Assembly: GCA_963810095.1 (NCBI GenBank)
Contig: CAWEMM010000007.1
Span: 594,559 to 658,558, forward strand
Length of the DNA: 64,000 bases
Reading direction: 5' to 3'
Source: an uncultured Chloroflexia bacterium
Lineage (GTDB): Bacteria; Chloroflexota; Anaerolineae; CG2-30-64-16
Shown: one piece after another, positions 22,802-33,730 of the stretch
Numbering within the stretch: position 1 is the first letter of the stretch
How the letters are laid out: every line of letters begins with the position of its first letter
The notes under the pieces: generated by a model
What the model was told of the DNA's origin: nothing
Database searches by the model: none
Seen by the model: only the letters and a program-made list of their open reading frames with translations
Program-made: the position numbers and the translations under genes

Positions 22802-24535
22802 CTACGGTTGGCCCGGGCTGGTCGTCTCTCCCAGCCACTGCGATGCGACCTGGACGGCCGCGTTCACTGCGGCTCCGATCTGCGGTTGTGCGACAAACAC
22901 GTTCTCGGGGCCGAGGACCGCCAGCATTCCGGTCCTGCTCAACTGTTCGTACATCTGAGGCGCGACACCGACAAGCATCAGCCGGCCGTCCCGCGCTCTC
23001 AACGCGTCGGCATAGCGCTTGAGCACGTTCATGAACGTGCTGCCCAGCTCGGGCTCGCCGCGTACGATGATCGCAATTGCGGCACGCGTCGACTGGTCCA
23101 CCTTCGGCAGCATTTCCTCTACACTGCTGGCCGCGGCGAAGAACAGGCTGCCGTAGATGTAGAGAAGCGTGAAGCGGTTGCTGGAAGCCTCTTTCGGCGG
23201 CGCCTGCTCGATTGGCCACCCGCCCGGCCCGTTCGGCCCGTTCGGCTGCAGCGCCCACTCGGTGACGACGACCTTGTTCGATGCGCGGATGACGTGCAAG
23301 ACGATGCTGAGCGCAACGCCCAACAGCACGGCGAACTGCAGCGAGACGAAGAGCGTGGCGACGAACGTAATGACCATCACCACCGCCGTCACCCGGCCGG
23401 TCTTCCACGCAGTGACCGCCTGCTCGATCCGCAACCCCTGGAAACCGGCGACGATCAGCAGCGCCGCCAGCGCGGGCATGGGCACCCGCTCGACCAACGG
23501 CGCGAACAGCAGGACGACGAGTGCGACAAACACGCCGGCGAAGATGTTCGTCCAGCGCGACTTGGCGCCCGCACCCATGATGAGTGCCGTGCCCGAGATG
23601 GATCCGCCGGCCGGAGGTCCGCCGACAAAGCTGGTCGCCAGGTTGGCCGCACCCTGGCCGAAGAAGTCACGCGAGACGTTGGGAAACTTGCCGTTGGGGT
23701 TCGGCGTGCCCTGGCTGACGCCCGCACCCTGGATCAGGCCGATGATCGCGAGTGAGAACGCGGGCAGCAGCATGGGCAGGATGAACGACGGGTTGGGCAG
23801 CGCAAGACGCGGGAGCGATCTCGGAATGCTGGTGATATCGCCAACCGTTTGCACTTGCGCGAAGTAGGCGGCCGTCGGCAGCTGGGGGAGCGTCAGGATG
23901 GCAAGCAGCAGCGTGGCCGCGCCGATCCCGATGATGAAGGCGAAGCGCTTCAGGCGCGTTGCCAGCAGCGCGACGATCAGCCCCAGGGTCAGCAGGCCGA
24001 CGACGGTGGTGGGGACGACGACCTCCGTGGGGTTGAGCAATAGGTGCAGTGCGCGGACGACGCTGTTCCGGTACGGGCTGCTAAAGCCGGTGAGATCGGC
24101 GAGCTGGCCGAGGATGATGAGCACGGCGACGCCGTTGAGAAAGCCCGTCATTACCGCGTTCGAGACGAAGCGCAGCACGAAGCCGAGCCGGAAGATGCCT
24201 GCCAGCAGCTGGATAAGGCCGACGAGAAGCACCATCACGACCAGCGCTTCCATGCGCTGGGCGGGAGGCACGGCGACCAGGCCGGCGCCCGCGGCCACGG
24301 ACAGCGCGCTCGTCGTCGACACGTTCATGTACACCGAGCTGGTGAAAATCGCGCCGACCGGCACCGCGACCATCAGCGTGTAAATCCCGAACACCGGGTT
24401 GATCGTGGCCAACAGCGCATGCCCCATCGCCTGGGGCACGTTCACGACGGCAAACGTGAGCCCGGCGATGAGGTCGGAGACGATATTCGCGCGCTCCGGC
24501 TTGAGGTGCTGGGTAGCAGTAGTCAACTGTTGCAT
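22802..24535 (-). CDS. SulP family anion transporter with STAS domain
   Basis: DLIAGLT...PQAM, GFLNG, GQGAAN, YGSLFFAAA. Confidence 0.92.
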   Translation of the reverse strand: MQQLTTATQHLKPERANIVSDLIAGLTFAVVNVPQAMGHALLATINPVFGIYTLMVAVPVGAIFTSSVYMNVSTTSALSVAAGAGLVAVPPAQRMEALVVMVLLVGLIQLLAGIFRLGFVLRFVSNAVMTGFLNGVAVLIILGQLADLTGFSSPYRNSVVRALHLLLNPTEVVVPTTVVGLLTLGLIVALLATRLKRFAFIIGIGAATLLLAILTLPQLPTAAYFAQVQTVGDITSIPRSLPRLALPNPSFILPMLLPAFSLAIIGLIQGAGVSQGTPNPNGKFPNVSRDFFGQGAANLATSFVGGPPAGGSISGTALIMGAGAKSRWTNIFAGVFVALVVLLFAPLVERVPMPALAALLIVAGFQGLRIEQAVTAWKTGRVTAVVMVITFVATLFVSLQFAVLLGVALSIVLHVIRASNKVVVTEWALQPNGPNGPGGWPIEQAPPKEASSNRFTLLYIYGSLFFAAASSVEEMLPKVDQSTRAAIAIIVRGEPELGSTFMNVLKRYADALRARDGRLMLVGVAPQMYEQLSRTGMLAVLGPENVFVAQPQIGAAVNAAVQVASQWLGETTSPGQP

Positions 24536-24563
24536 GCCATCACCCGTGGGAATAGGTGCGCGA

Positions 24564-24600
24564 CTGACGCTCGCGGTGGCGCCGCCACCGCGAGCGTCAG
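24564..24600. repeat. Perfect 17-bp intergenic hairpin
   Basis: ctgacgctcgcggtggc-gcc-gccaccgcgagcgtcag. Confidence 0.6.
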
Positions 24601-24612
24601 CCTGGGTTGCGC

Positions 24613-25002
24613 TTAATTGATCAGCTTGGCCTTCATGGCAGCGAATTCCTCATCCGTCAGGACGCCTGCTGCCTTAAGCTCACCCAGCTTCTGCAATTGG
24701 GCGATCACATCGTCGGTCGCTGCCGGGGCAGGAGCAGCCGCCGGCGCCTCGGCCGCAACTTCGGCGGGAGCCTGCGCGGCCATTTGTGCGGCTACGGCAG
24801 CCGCAGCTGCAGCGTCGATCTGGGCCTGCTGCTCGGCGGCGGCCTGTTGGGCGGCGGCTTCCTGCGCCGCTTGTTGCTGCGCGGCAGCCTGCTGCTGTGC
24901 CGCGGCCTTTTGCTGCTGTGAGCCTGCCACAGCGCCCGAAACGACGGTTGCGGTGCCCGCGATGACCGCGGTGCGTCCGATTGTGCGTGCAAGTCTTGGC
25001 AT
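24613..25002 (-). CDS. SHOCT domain protein
   Basis: MPRLART.GRTAVIAGTAT N-terminus, Q/A-rich linker, DVIAQLQKLGELKAAGVLTDEEFAAMKAKLI. Confidence 0.9.
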   Translation of the reverse strand: MPRLARTIGRTAVIAGTATVVSGAVAGSQQQKAAAQQQAAAQQQAAQEAAAQQAAAEQQAQIDAAAAAAVAAQMAAQAPAEVAAEAPAAAPAPAATDDVIAQLQKLGELKAAGVLTDEEFAAMKAKLIN

Positions 25003-25028
25003 GTCAGTCCTCCATCAGGTATTGGTGT

Positions 25029-25067
25029 GTAGGGGCGCGGCATTCTCGAAGAGAATGCCGCGCCCCT
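25029..25067. repeat. GTAG-type REP-like palindrome
   Basis: gt-aggggcgcggcattctc-gaa-gagaatgccgcgcccct. Confidence 0.7.
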
Positions 25068-25073
25068 CCTTGT

Positions 25074-26567
25074 CTAGTGATTAGCGCCCCCGCTGGCGTC
25101 TTCAAGCTTCCGCATGACGGCTTCGAGGTTGAACGAGGCCGGCTTCTGGCGCGGCGGGTACTTTACGAAGTCCTCGATCTGCTGGGCCACCAGCCCCTGC
25201 ATGCCGTACAGCAGGTAGGCGTGCGAAATGACCCAGTCCCAATATGTGTTCGAACTCTCGTCCGCCCGCTCGAACGGGTCACGGCGCAAGTTGAACATCT
25301 TGGGTGCGCGCAGCGCCACGAACGGTTCGAACCAGCACGCCAGCGCGGTCGCGCGCTGTTCCATCAGGACCAGCTTCCAGTCGCCGTGGCGGATGGCCAT
25401 GATGTCGCCGTCGTCGCTCATGTAGAAGAAGAAGCGGCGCGGGCTCTCCTTGGCCTCGCCCGTCAAGTAGGGCAGCATGTCGTACCCGTCGATGTGGACC
25501 TTGTAGGTCTTGTCGCCGGCCTGGTGCCCTTCGAGCAGCTTGGCCACGATGTCACCCTCGCCCGCGGCGGCCAGCAGCGTCGGGAGCCAGTCCTGGTGCG
25601 TAACGATGCCGTTCAGCACGGTCCCGTCCGCGATCTTGGCTGGCCAGCGCACAAAGGTTGGCACCCGGAACGCGCCCTCCCAGTTCGTGTTCTTCTCAGA
25701 ACGGAACGGGGTGATGCCTGCGTCGGGCCAGCTGTTGTAGTGCACGCCGTTGTCGGTCGAGTACATCACGATCGTGTTCTCGGCAATGCCCAACTCGTCC
25801 AGCTTCTCCAGCATCCGGCCAACGTTCTCGTCGTGCGCCACCATCACGTCGGCATAGTCGCCCTGCCCGTTGCTCTTGCCCTTGTGCTTCGCGGCCGGGT
25901 GGGTGCGGAAGTGCATGGCGGTGGTGTTCCACCAGAGGAAGAACGGTTTGTCCGACCGGTGTGCTTCGTCGATGAACCGTAAGGCCTCGTCGGTCACCTC
26001 GTCGTCGATCGTCTCCATCCGCTTCTTGGTGAGCGGGCCGGTGTCCTCGATCCGCTGCCCGCCGTTCCCGTCCGCCCAGCTGTGGATGACCCCCCGAGGT
26101 CCGAAGCGCGCCTTGAAGGCCGGGTCCGTCGGATAGTCCGGGTCCTCCGGCTCCTCCTCGGCGTTCAGGTGGTACAGGTTGCCGAAGAACTCGTCGAAGC
26201 CGTGCATCGTGGGCAGAAACTTGTCCTGGTCGCCCAGGTGGTTCTTGCCGAACTGACCCGTCACGTAGCCGAGCGGTTTGAGCAGCTCGGCAATGGTCGG
26301 GTCTTCCGCCTGCAGGCCCAGGTCGGACCCGGGCATGCCGACCTTCGTCAAGCCGGTCCGGATGGGGTTCTGGCCGGTGAGAAAGGCCGCCCGACCGGCA
26401 GTGCAGCTCTGCTGGCCGTAATAGTCGGTGAAGGCGACGCCCTCATTCGCAATACGGTCGATGTTGGGGGTCCGGTAGCCCATCTGGCCCCGGCTGTTGT
26501 AGCTGATGTTCCACCAGCCGATGTCGTCGCCCCACAGGATGAGGATGTTAGGCCGCTCTGATGCCAT
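25074..26567 (-). CDS. Arylsulfatase (Cys-type, CTAGR motif)
   Basis: PNILILWGDDIG, QQSCTAGRAAFLTG, GKNHLG, STDNG; no signal peptide. Confidence 0.95.
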   Translation of the reverse strand: MASERPNILILWGDDIGWWNISYNSRGQMGYRTPNIDRIANEGVAFTDYYGQQSCTAGRAAFLTGQNPIRTGLTKVGMPGSDLGLQAEDPTIAELLKPLGYVTGQFGKNHLGDQDKFLPTMHGFDEFFGNLYHLNAEEEPEDPDYPTDPAFKARFGPRGVIHSWADGNGGQRIEDTGPLTKKRMETIDDEVTDEALRFIDEAHRSDKPFFLWWNTTAMHFRTHPAAKHKGKSNGQGDYADVMVAHDENVGRMLEKLDELGIAENTIVMYSTDNGVHYNSWPDAGITPFRSEKNTNWEGAFRVPTFVRWPAKIADGTVLNGIVTHQDWLPTLLAAAGEGDIVAKLLEGHQAGDKTYKVHIDGYDMLPYLTGEAKESPRRFFFYMSDDGDIMAIRHGDWKLVLMEQRATALACWFEPFVALRAPKMFNLRRDPFERADESSNTYWDWVISHAYLLYGMQGLVAQQIEDFVKYPPRQKPASFNLEAVMRKLEDASGGANH

Positions 26568-26796
26568 ACTTAGCTCCCTTTCTCCGTGATCAGTACTCGA
26601 GATGGATTGGCGCCGAAACGTGGATGGGGACGCTGTGCGCGCCGCTCAGCAGCGCGACCGGGATACCCGCGACCGCGGCGGCGCCACACGCTTTAGGCGC
26701 CGAAAGAGCGGGAATTCGAGGGTGAATGACCGTCATATATCGCTCCGCCTGGCTCGTCTCGAAGCCCACGCGTTCCTGCCATTCGGCGCGGGGCCG

Positions 26797-27036
26797 TCAT
26801 GCCAGGGCGGGCAGCGACTCGACGAGTATCAGTCGCATGCCCAGCATGAAGAGCGTGTCGAGCACTCCCTGCAGCGCGGACTGATCGACGATCTGGCCTT
26901 CCAGCCGGGTGATGACCACGTCCCCGGACTGCCGCTGCTCGGATGCTTCAAAGCCGCCGAGGCATTGTAACCACATGGGATCGAGCACGCCTTCTACCAC
27001 GATGCGATAGTGGGTCGCCTGTGATGCTTGCCTCAT
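26797..27036 (-). CDS. Small conserved protein divergent from the MalT-like regulator
   Basis: YRIVVEGVLDPMW...TRLEGQIVDQSALQGVLDTLFMLGMRLILV. Confidence 0.8.
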   Translation of the reverse strand: MRQASQATHYRIVVEGVLDPMWLQCLGGFEASEQRQSGDVVITRLEGQIVDQSALQGVLDTLFMLGMRLILVESLPALA

Positions 27037-27319
27037 GCTGCCTTCATCCAAGCAAACAGTATCGTATTCCTTGTCAGCCGGCCCACCGCACGGGGCCATA
27101 AGTTACATTGTATGGCGATCGTGCAGCGATTGATAGACCCTAAAAAGGGGCTAATAGGGAGCAAGGAATGAGCCCCGGCCCGCCACACCGTCCATGTGAG
27201 ACAGGCCCATCCTCAGCGTTGTTCTTCGTGCGCCTTGCCCTGCCGCCCGAGAAGCGTGATATAATGGCGTTCTGTTGCGAGTCCAGCCTCCGCGCACTCA
27301 CTGGAGCAGCCCGATCGCC

Positions 27320-30052
27320 ATGGCAAAACTGACCGAAGGGCAGCCAGCGGTGCCCGTGTTGGCCACCAAGCTGCGACGCCCGTCCACTCCCTTGCTTCTG
27401 ATCGAGCGGCCGCGCCTGCTCGACCAGCTCAGCGCCCACGGTAACCGCCGGCTGATCCTGATCTCGGCGCCCGCGGGCTACGGCAAGACCGCGCTGGTGA
27501 GCCACTGGCTGGGTACGGTGGGCACCCCATACGCCTGGCTATCCCTCGACGAGCAGGATAACGAACTCGCCACCTTTGTCCTCTACCTGGCTGCGGCGGT
27601 TCGCGGCCCTTGTCCCGGCGCCCTGGACGAGGTCGAGCAGTTGCTGCGAGCACCCGCACTTCTGCCGCCGGTCCGGCTGGCCGACGCCATTCTGCAGGGC
27701 CTCGCCGGGCTGCCCGGAAGCCTAATCCTGGCACTCGACGACTATCACGTGATCCGCTCGGCAGAGGTCCACGCACTGATGGCGCGCCTGATCGAGCACC
27801 TGCCGCTACACATCCATCTGCTTCTGATTACCCGGGCCGACCCCCCGCTGCCGCTCGACCGGCTGCGCGGGCGCCAGGAACTGGGCGAGACCCGGGCGGC
27901 CGACCTCCGTTTCACTGCTGACGAGGCCCGGCTTCTGCTGCAACAAATGCTCGAGCCGGGCATCGGCGACGAAACCCTCACGATTCTCGAGGAGAGCACC
28001 GAGGGATGGGCCGTGGGGCTGCATCTTGCCGGGTTGTCGCTGCGCAACTGGCAGCAGCGCAGCGACGGCGATCCTGTCGTGTTTGCCCGCAAGATCGCGG
28101 AGCACGGCCACCAATCCGTCACGGAGTATTTGCTGTCCGAGGTGCTGGGCGGCCTGCCGCAGGCTCAGGCAGACCGGCTGTTGCAGATATCGCTCTTTGA
28201 CCGGTTCTGTGCGTCGCTGGTCGACGCGACGCAGACCGCCGGCGGCTCACAGCTCTCAGGCGACACGTTCCTGCGCGAGATCCGCCGTGCGAATCTCTTC
28301 GTCGTGTCGCTCGACGACGAGGGGACGTGGTTCCGCTATCATCACTTCTTCCGCGCGCTCCTCCGCGCTCGGCTCGGCCAGCGTTTCTCGGCGGCAGAAA
28401 TCAGCGCGACGCACGTGCGTGCAGCCGCCTGGTTTCGGGGCCAGGGGTTCGTTGACGAAGCCGTCGGCCATCTGCTCAAGGCCGGCGAGCCGGTCGCCGC
28501 CGCCAGGGTTGTGGAGGAACAGGTGCATCCGGCGCTCGATCGCGAGGACTGGCGCCAGATCGAGCACTGGATGGTGCTTATCCCAGCAGACGTGGCGGCG
28601 ACCCGCCCCCGCCTGCTGCTGGCCGAGGGCTGGCTGCACTTGATTCGCTGGCAATTCGGCGCGCTTGAGGCGCGTGTTGAGGCTGCCGAGAGCATTCTGC
28701 GTGAGGCGCCTGCCGCGAAGAGCGGCGAGGCCATGATGCGGGGCGAGATTAATGTGCTGCGATCGGCCCTCGCCCAGAACAAGGGCGACTGCCGCTTGAC
28801 GGTGCAGTTGAGCGAGGCTGGCATGGCGGCACTGCAGCCCCAGACCGGCTACGCGATCGGGCAGGGGTATTTCAACTACATCTGGGGCTTGCAAACATCC
28901 GGCGAGCACGAGCGGGCCGTCGCGTTCGCTCGCCGCCAGCTTGATTCGTCTGGCTGGCAGGCGCACGGGCTGAACTTGCGGGTGCTCCTGGGCTTGGCGA
29001 ACATTTGCTACGAGACGGCCGACCTGCCGGGCGTACAAGACCTCCTGCCCGCGTGGCAGAAGGTCGTGGCGCCGCGAGGGGTCCGCCTCAGCGTGGCCTG
29101 GCTGCTGTTTGCCGAGGCGTGGCTCCATTATCAGAGGAATGAGCTTGCCGCGGCCGATGAAGCCTTCCACCGCCTGGCGGGCGCTGCCTGGTCTGCCCAC
29201 GGCCGGGCGGTCCTCGACGGACATACCGGGCTGGTGCTGACGGCGCTGGCGCGGGGGCGTGCAGGCGAAGCGGCAGACCACGTACGCGACCTGAACGAAC
29301 GGCTGTTGGAACGCCGGATGTTGTCGCTCGCGAGCGTCGCCCAGTCGCTCGAGCAACGCATCGCACTGGCGGGTGGATCGCCCGGGCGGCTTGACTGGCA
29401 CCCAGACCCGGGCTCCGGCGCTGTTCCGCCTGACCTGTGGGAACAGCCGGTGTTGACCCACGTGCGCACCCTGGTCGCTGCGGGAAGTCCCGACTCGCTC
29501 GCAACCGCGTCGGAACTGCTGGCGTACGCCCGAGCGAGGGCAGCCGATCGCAACTCCAGGCGCAGGCTCATCGAGATCGGCGGGCTGCAGGCGCTCGTGT
29601 TTGCGGGGCAAGGGTGCGAGGCTGAAGCGCTTGCCGCGCTCCAGCAGGCGGTCGAGTGGGCTGCCCCGGGCGGCACGTTGAGGCTGTTGGCCGACTGCGG
29701 ACCCGGCTTGATCCCGCTGCTGTGCAAGCTGCAAGCCGCGGGCGTCGCTCCCGATTATATCGAGAAGTTGCTCGGGGCTTGTCAGCCGCCGCTCGGCGGC
29801 GAGCCGGCTATCCTGCCCCCGACCCCGCCGACCCCCGCCCCGGTGCAGCCGGCACCGGCCGACACGCTGACGAACCGCCAGATCGATATCCTCATACTCC
29901 TGGCCGACCGGCTCTCGGACAAGGAGATCGCCGAGCGGCTCGTACTGTCGCCCGTGACCGTCAAGAAGCACACCCAGCGCATCTACGAAAAGCTGGGGGT
30001 GCACAGCCGCCGGGCAGCGGTGGCCGAGGCCCGGCGCCTGGGCCTGATCTAG
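27320..30052 (+). CDS. MalT-like (LAL) LuxR-family ATP-dependent transcriptional regulator
   Basis: LATKL..P, SAPAGYGKT Walker A, LDDYH Walker B, TEGW, WFRYHH, C-terminal LuxR HTH LTNRQ..TVKKH..IYEKLGV. Confidence 0.95.
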   Translation: MAKLTEGQPAVPVLATKLRRPSTPLLLIERPRLLDQLSAHGNRRLILISAPAGYGKTALVSHWLGTVGTPYAWLSLDEQDNELATFVLYLAAAVRGPCPGALDEVEQLLRAPALLPPVRLADAILQGLAGLPGSLILALDDYHVIRSAEVHALMARLIEHLPLHIHLLLITRADPPLPLDRLRGRQELGETRAADLRFTADEARLLLQQMLEPGIGDETLTILEESTEGWAVGLHLAGLSLRNWQQRSDGDPVVFARKIAEHGHQSVTEYLLSEVLGGLPQAQADRLLQISLFDRFCASLVDATQTAGGSQLSGDTFLREIRRANLFVVSLDDEGTWFRYHHFFRALLRARLGQRFSAAEISATHVRAAAWFRGQGFVDEAVGHLLKAGEPVAAARVVEEQVHPALDREDWRQIEHWMVLIPADVAATRPRLLLAEGWLHLIRWQFGALEARVEAAESILREAPAAKSGEAMMRGEINVLRSALAQNKGDCRLTVQLSEAGMAALQPQTGYAIGQGYFNYIWGLQTSGEHERAVAFARRQLDSSGWQAHGLNLRVLLGLANICYETADLPGVQDLLPAWQKVVAPRGVRLSVAWLLFAEAWLHYQRNELAAADEAFHRLAGAAWSAHGRAVLDGHTGLVLTALARGRAGEAADHVRDLNERLLERRMLSLASVAQSLEQRIALAGGSPGRLDWHPDPGSGAVPPDLWEQPVLTHVRTLVAAGSPDSLATASELLAYARARAADRNSRRRLIEIGGLQALVFAGQGCEAEALAALQQAVEWAAPGGTLRLLADCGPGLIPLLCKLQAAGVAPDYIEKLLGACQPPLGGEPAILPPTPPTPAPVQPAPADTLTNRQIDILILLADRLSDKEIAERLVLSPVTVKKHTQRIYEKLGVHSRRAAVAEARRLGLI

Positions 30053-30143
30053 GGGACGGCTTCAGCCGCGCCGGACGCAACGGCCGTGGGATCCGAAGCG
30101 CCTGGCGGCGCCTCGACCTGCCCTGTGACCTCTTTGGCGGATC

Positions 30144-31532
30144 TTACTGCCTGGACCCGTGACACGCCTTGAACTTCTTGCCGTTCCCGCACGGGCACGG
30201 ATCGTTGCGCCCGCGCTTCGCGTCCTCCGCGGCAACGAGGGCCATGACCCCGTCCGCATACTTCCCCTGCTGCACCAGGCGTGCCATGGCGCTCATGGTA
30301 GGCCGGGTGTGGCTGAAGAAGCCGTACAAGCCCTCACACAGGTAGTTGTGGCCGGGCTCGCCGTCACGCGAGCTCACGAACCGGTCCTTCGGGCATCCGC
30401 CGTGGCATAGGCCGCGTACATCGCACGCCTGGCACTGCGCCGTCAGCAGATCGCGCTTGTTGTCGCCAAAGCGGCGCTGCGCGGTCGAACTGACTAGCTC
30501 GATCATGTGCGTCTCGTTGATGTTGCCGAGAAGAAAGTCGGGCTCGACGAAGTGATCGCAGGCGTAGAGGTCGCCGTTGTGCTCCAACGCGGGACCGTAG
30601 CCGCACGTCGGCGCATGGATGCACAGCAGGTGCTCGCCGAAATAGGCGTGAAGCGTCACGTCGAAGAGCTGCACGTACACCTTGCCAACGTCGTGCCGGA
30701 TCCACTCCTCGTAGATGTCGATGAGGAACCGGCCATACTGCGCACCACCCACCGACCTCTCGGTGACCAGCGACCCCGTTTGCGTGTAGAGCAGACGCTG
30801 TCCACCCGGTCTCTCGCTCCAGCCGAGGTTGGCGACGGGCAACGTTTCCTCCGTGGCACGCTCGACGATGGGGATGAACTGCACCCACTCCGCACCGAGC
30901 TCATCGCGGAAGAAACGATAGACCTTGCGCCCGTGATGCTGGTTCGCCGCGTTCACGGTGCACAGGATGTTACAGTCGACCCCGTGCTGGCGCAGGAGTT
31001 CCCACCCGCGCATGACCTGCTTGAACGTGCCCTGCCCGCCCTTGTTCAGGCGGTAGGTGTCGTGGATCTCCTGCGGGCCGTCGACGCTCAACCCGATCAG
31101 AAAGTTGTGCTCCTTGAAGAACTCGCACCAGGCGTCGTCCAGCAGCACGCCGTTGGTCTGAAAGGTGAACTCGAGCTGTTGGCCGGGCCGGCGATGCTGC
31201 AACGCCAACTCGACCGATTTCTTGAAGAAGTCGAGCCCCATCAGCGTCGGCTCGCCGCCTTGCCAGGCAACCGTCACGGTCGGGGTGCGGTGGGCCTCGA
31301 GCAGCTGCCGGATATAGTTCTCCAGCGTCCGCTCGGTCATACGGCTCTTTTCATTGGGATAAAGCGCTTCCTTCGACAGGAAGAAGCAGTAGGTGCAGTC
31401 GAGGTTGCAGGTCGAGCCGCTGGGCTTGACGAGCAGGTGAAAGCGCGGCGGCGCTTTGGCGAGGGTCGCGGGGTTCAGATCAGCCAGGGTGGGCGAAGTC
31501 ATGTCATCCATCCTCGGAGCGGCAGTGGGCAC
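30144..31532 (-). CDS. Anaerobic sulfatase maturase (radical SAM/SPASM) with SEC-C motif
   Basis: CNLDCTYC, WQGGEPTL, YACDHFV, CQAC..CHGGCPK, GRNDPCPCGNGKKFKACH. Confidence 0.95.
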   Translation of the reverse strand: MPTAAPRMDDMTSPTLADLNPATLAKAPPRFHLLVKPSGSTCNLDCTYCFFLSKEALYPNEKSRMTERTLENYIRQLLEAHRTPTVTVAWQGGEPTLMGLDFFKKSVELALQHRRPGQQLEFTFQTNGVLLDDAWCEFFKEHNFLIGLSVDGPQEIHDTYRLNKGGQGTFKQVMRGWELLRQHGVDCNILCTVNAANQHHGRKVYRFFRDELGAEWVQFIPIVERATEETLPVANLGWSERPGGQRLLYTQTGSLVTERSVGGAQYGRFLIDIYEEWIRHDVGKVYVQLFDVTLHAYFGEHLLCIHAPTCGYGPALEHNGDLYACDHFVEPDFLLGNINETHMIELVSSTAQRRFGDNKRDLLTAQCQACDVRGLCHGGCPKDRFVSSRDGEPGHNYLCEGLYGFFSHTRPTMSAMARLVQQGKYADGVMALVAAEDAKRGRNDPCPCGNGKKFKACHGSRQ

Positions 31533-31667
31533 GTTAGCGCCCGGCGCCCCGTCGTGGCAGAAGCAGGAGCGTCCTCGCTATTGTAACACACCCCCGGGCG
31601 GGGAAGCCCGGCGGCGCAGTTCAAGGAGATTTACAGTGAGTTGGCTTGGGTCGGCGTCGTTTGGTCG

Positions 31668-32012
31668 TCACCATTGCCGCCAGGCGACGACCAGGGCTCG
31701 GTTGACTGCTGCCAGGATGAGCAGGGCGACGCCCGCGGCCGGTTGGCCGGCCGCCACGAGCGCCAATGCTGCGAGACCGAACAGGCCAGAGGAGGCGGCG
31801 ACTCCGACCGTGAGGCCGGCCCGGTGAGCCGCCTTGGGAGCGAGGTACCGGCCCCACACGACGATCACGGCCAGCGGCACGCCGATCGCCAGCAGCCACC
31901 GCACCCACGGATTGGCCGTGGCATGAAAGCCCCAATAGGCGAAGGCCGCAAGCGTGGCGACCTCCAGCAGGAACGACAGCGCGACGTTGATCTGTTTCAC
32001 ATCCCACTCCAC
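31668..32012 (-). CDS. YrdB (DUF2568) family membrane protein
   Basis: N.AL.FLLE...WG, WG..LAPKA, AAVNR pattern. Confidence 0.75.
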   Translation of the reverse strand: MEWDVKQINVALSFLLEVATLAAFAYWGFHATANPWVRWLLAIGVPLAVIVVWGRYLAPKAAHRAGLTVGVAASSGLFGLAALALVAAGQPAAGVALLILAAVNRALVVAWRQW

Positions 32013-32154
32013 GTCCCGGCACTAATGACGAACTCTCGCACGCACACCTGAGGATTCCTTCGGCTGTGTCAGTATTGCATTCGCCAGTATAGCCGAAAGA
32101 ACGTGAGCGGACGAGAAGTGGCTCCGTGCCCGATCCCTCTGCCTTGCGTACGAC

Positions 32155-33593
32155 TCAGGCCGCGTCGAGCGCGTCATACGGATAGGCCCGGCGCCACACT
32201 GGCGCGCTTACGCTGATACCGTAGCTTTTCTCGGTGCGCTGCACAAGCGCGCGGGCCCTTTCGTTCGCACAGCGGGTCAACTCGTCACAATCCACCCCAA
32301 GCAGTTCGCCACGCTCGACCCGCACCGCCCCGTTCACGATCGACAGGTCGACCCGGTCGACATCGCACAATACGAGCCCGGCGACCGGGTCGTGCACGCC
32401 GCCCGCGAATGCGAGCCGGCGAGTATCCACGCCGATAATGTCGGCCGCCTTCCCGGGGGCGAGAACGCCGATGTCGTCGCGGCGGAGGACAGCGCGCGCC
32501 GCCGAGGATCGCAATCTCCAGGGCTTGCGTGGGCGAGAGGGCGTCGGCCCCGAAGAATGCCCGCTGCATCAGGAGGGCGTTGCGCGCTTCACGCAGGAGG
32601 TGCGAAGAGTTGTTCGCCGCGCTGCCGTCCACGCCAAGACCGATCGTGAAGCCGCCTTGCCTGAGCATCGGGGCCACCCGGCACACATGCGCTGCCGTGT
32701 ACATGTTCGAGTTCGGGCAGTTGCAGATCCCCGTCCCGGTCCGCCGGACGATCTCCGTCTCGCGCTCGTCCAGCATGGTGGCGTGCGCATACCACACGTC
32801 GGGCCCCACCCAACCGAACTTCTCCGCGACCTCCACCGAACGCATGCCATACCGTTCGCGCACCCAGCGCTCCTCGTCCGGCGCTTCGGCCATGTGAGTG
32901 TGGTTGCCGATCCCGTATTGACGTGCCAACGCAATGCTTTCGCGCCACAGCCGTTCGCTCACTGCAAAGAGCGAAGAGGGTGCGTTCTCGATTCGCACCA
33001 TGCCGCCCGGACCAAACTCGTGATAGGTCTTGATCAGGCGCTCGGTATCGGCCAGGATGTCGTCGATCCGCTCGGTGGTGTGATCCAGCGGGGTCGCGCC
33101 GTCCTTCTGGCCCAGGTCATGGCTGCCGCGCGCCAGATGGAAGCGGATCCCCATCTCTTGCGCCGCTCGAATCTCCGTGTCGTGCTGCATGTCGTTGACC
33201 TTGATGTAGTTGTGGTCGACGGCCGTCGTGCAACCCGAGAGCAGCAGCTCGGCGATGTTGAGTCTTCGCAGCGTAGTAAAGGTCCTCGTCCCGCACCTCG
33301 CTCATCAGGAAGCTCATGTCCCGAATCCACGTGAAGAGCGAGACGTCCTGCAGGCTCGGCACGTTCTTCAGCAGGGCCTGGAAGAAGTGGTGGTGCAGGT
33401 TGACCAGGCCGGGGAGAACGACATAGCCAGACAAGGTCAGGCGCCGGTCGACCGGTTCGCCCTCGTACCGCCGGTCGCCGAGCGCCGCGATGCGTTGTTG
33501 TCCTCCACCAGCAGCCAGGCATTCTTCAGAACCCGGCGCTGCTCGTCGAATGTGGCCAAGGTGTCGAATGCCTTCCAAAAGCAGGGTCGTCAT
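32155..33593 (-). CDS. Amidohydrolase, 8-oxoguanine deaminase/AtzB-like (several frameshifts)
   Basis: PGLVNLHHHFFQ, HTHMAE, WYAH, CPNSN, GVDGSAANN, GKAADI. Confidence 0.85.
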
Positions 33594-33641
33594 GTCGCTC
33601 TCCCTTTCTGTGTGGATGGCTTGAGACGTCGCGATTCCCTA

Positions 33642-33670
33642 TTGACAAGGGCCTAGCTGTCTGCTATAGT
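33642..33670 (+). promoter_or_regulatory. sigma70-type promoter of the GntR/ABC operon
   Basis: TTGACA (33642-47), 17-bp spacer, TATAGT (33665-70). Confidence 0.8.
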
Positions 33671-33679
33671 TACCACAAA

Positions 33680-33726
33680 ATAGGTCTGACGTCAAGCCTC
33701 TGACCTATCTGGTTCGCCGGTCTGAC
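33680..33726. promoter_or_regulatory. Candidate GntR operator
   Basis: Inverted repeat ataggtctga...tctgacctat and three (g)tctgac units just downstream of the -10. Confidence 0.5.
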
Positions 33727-33730
33727 GAGA

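Noticed and set aside
30144-31532. RiPP radical SAM/SPASM maturase with a precursor peptide
   Set aside because: Motifs and two neighbouring sulfatases indicate a sulfatase maturase; no precursor-like ORF seen
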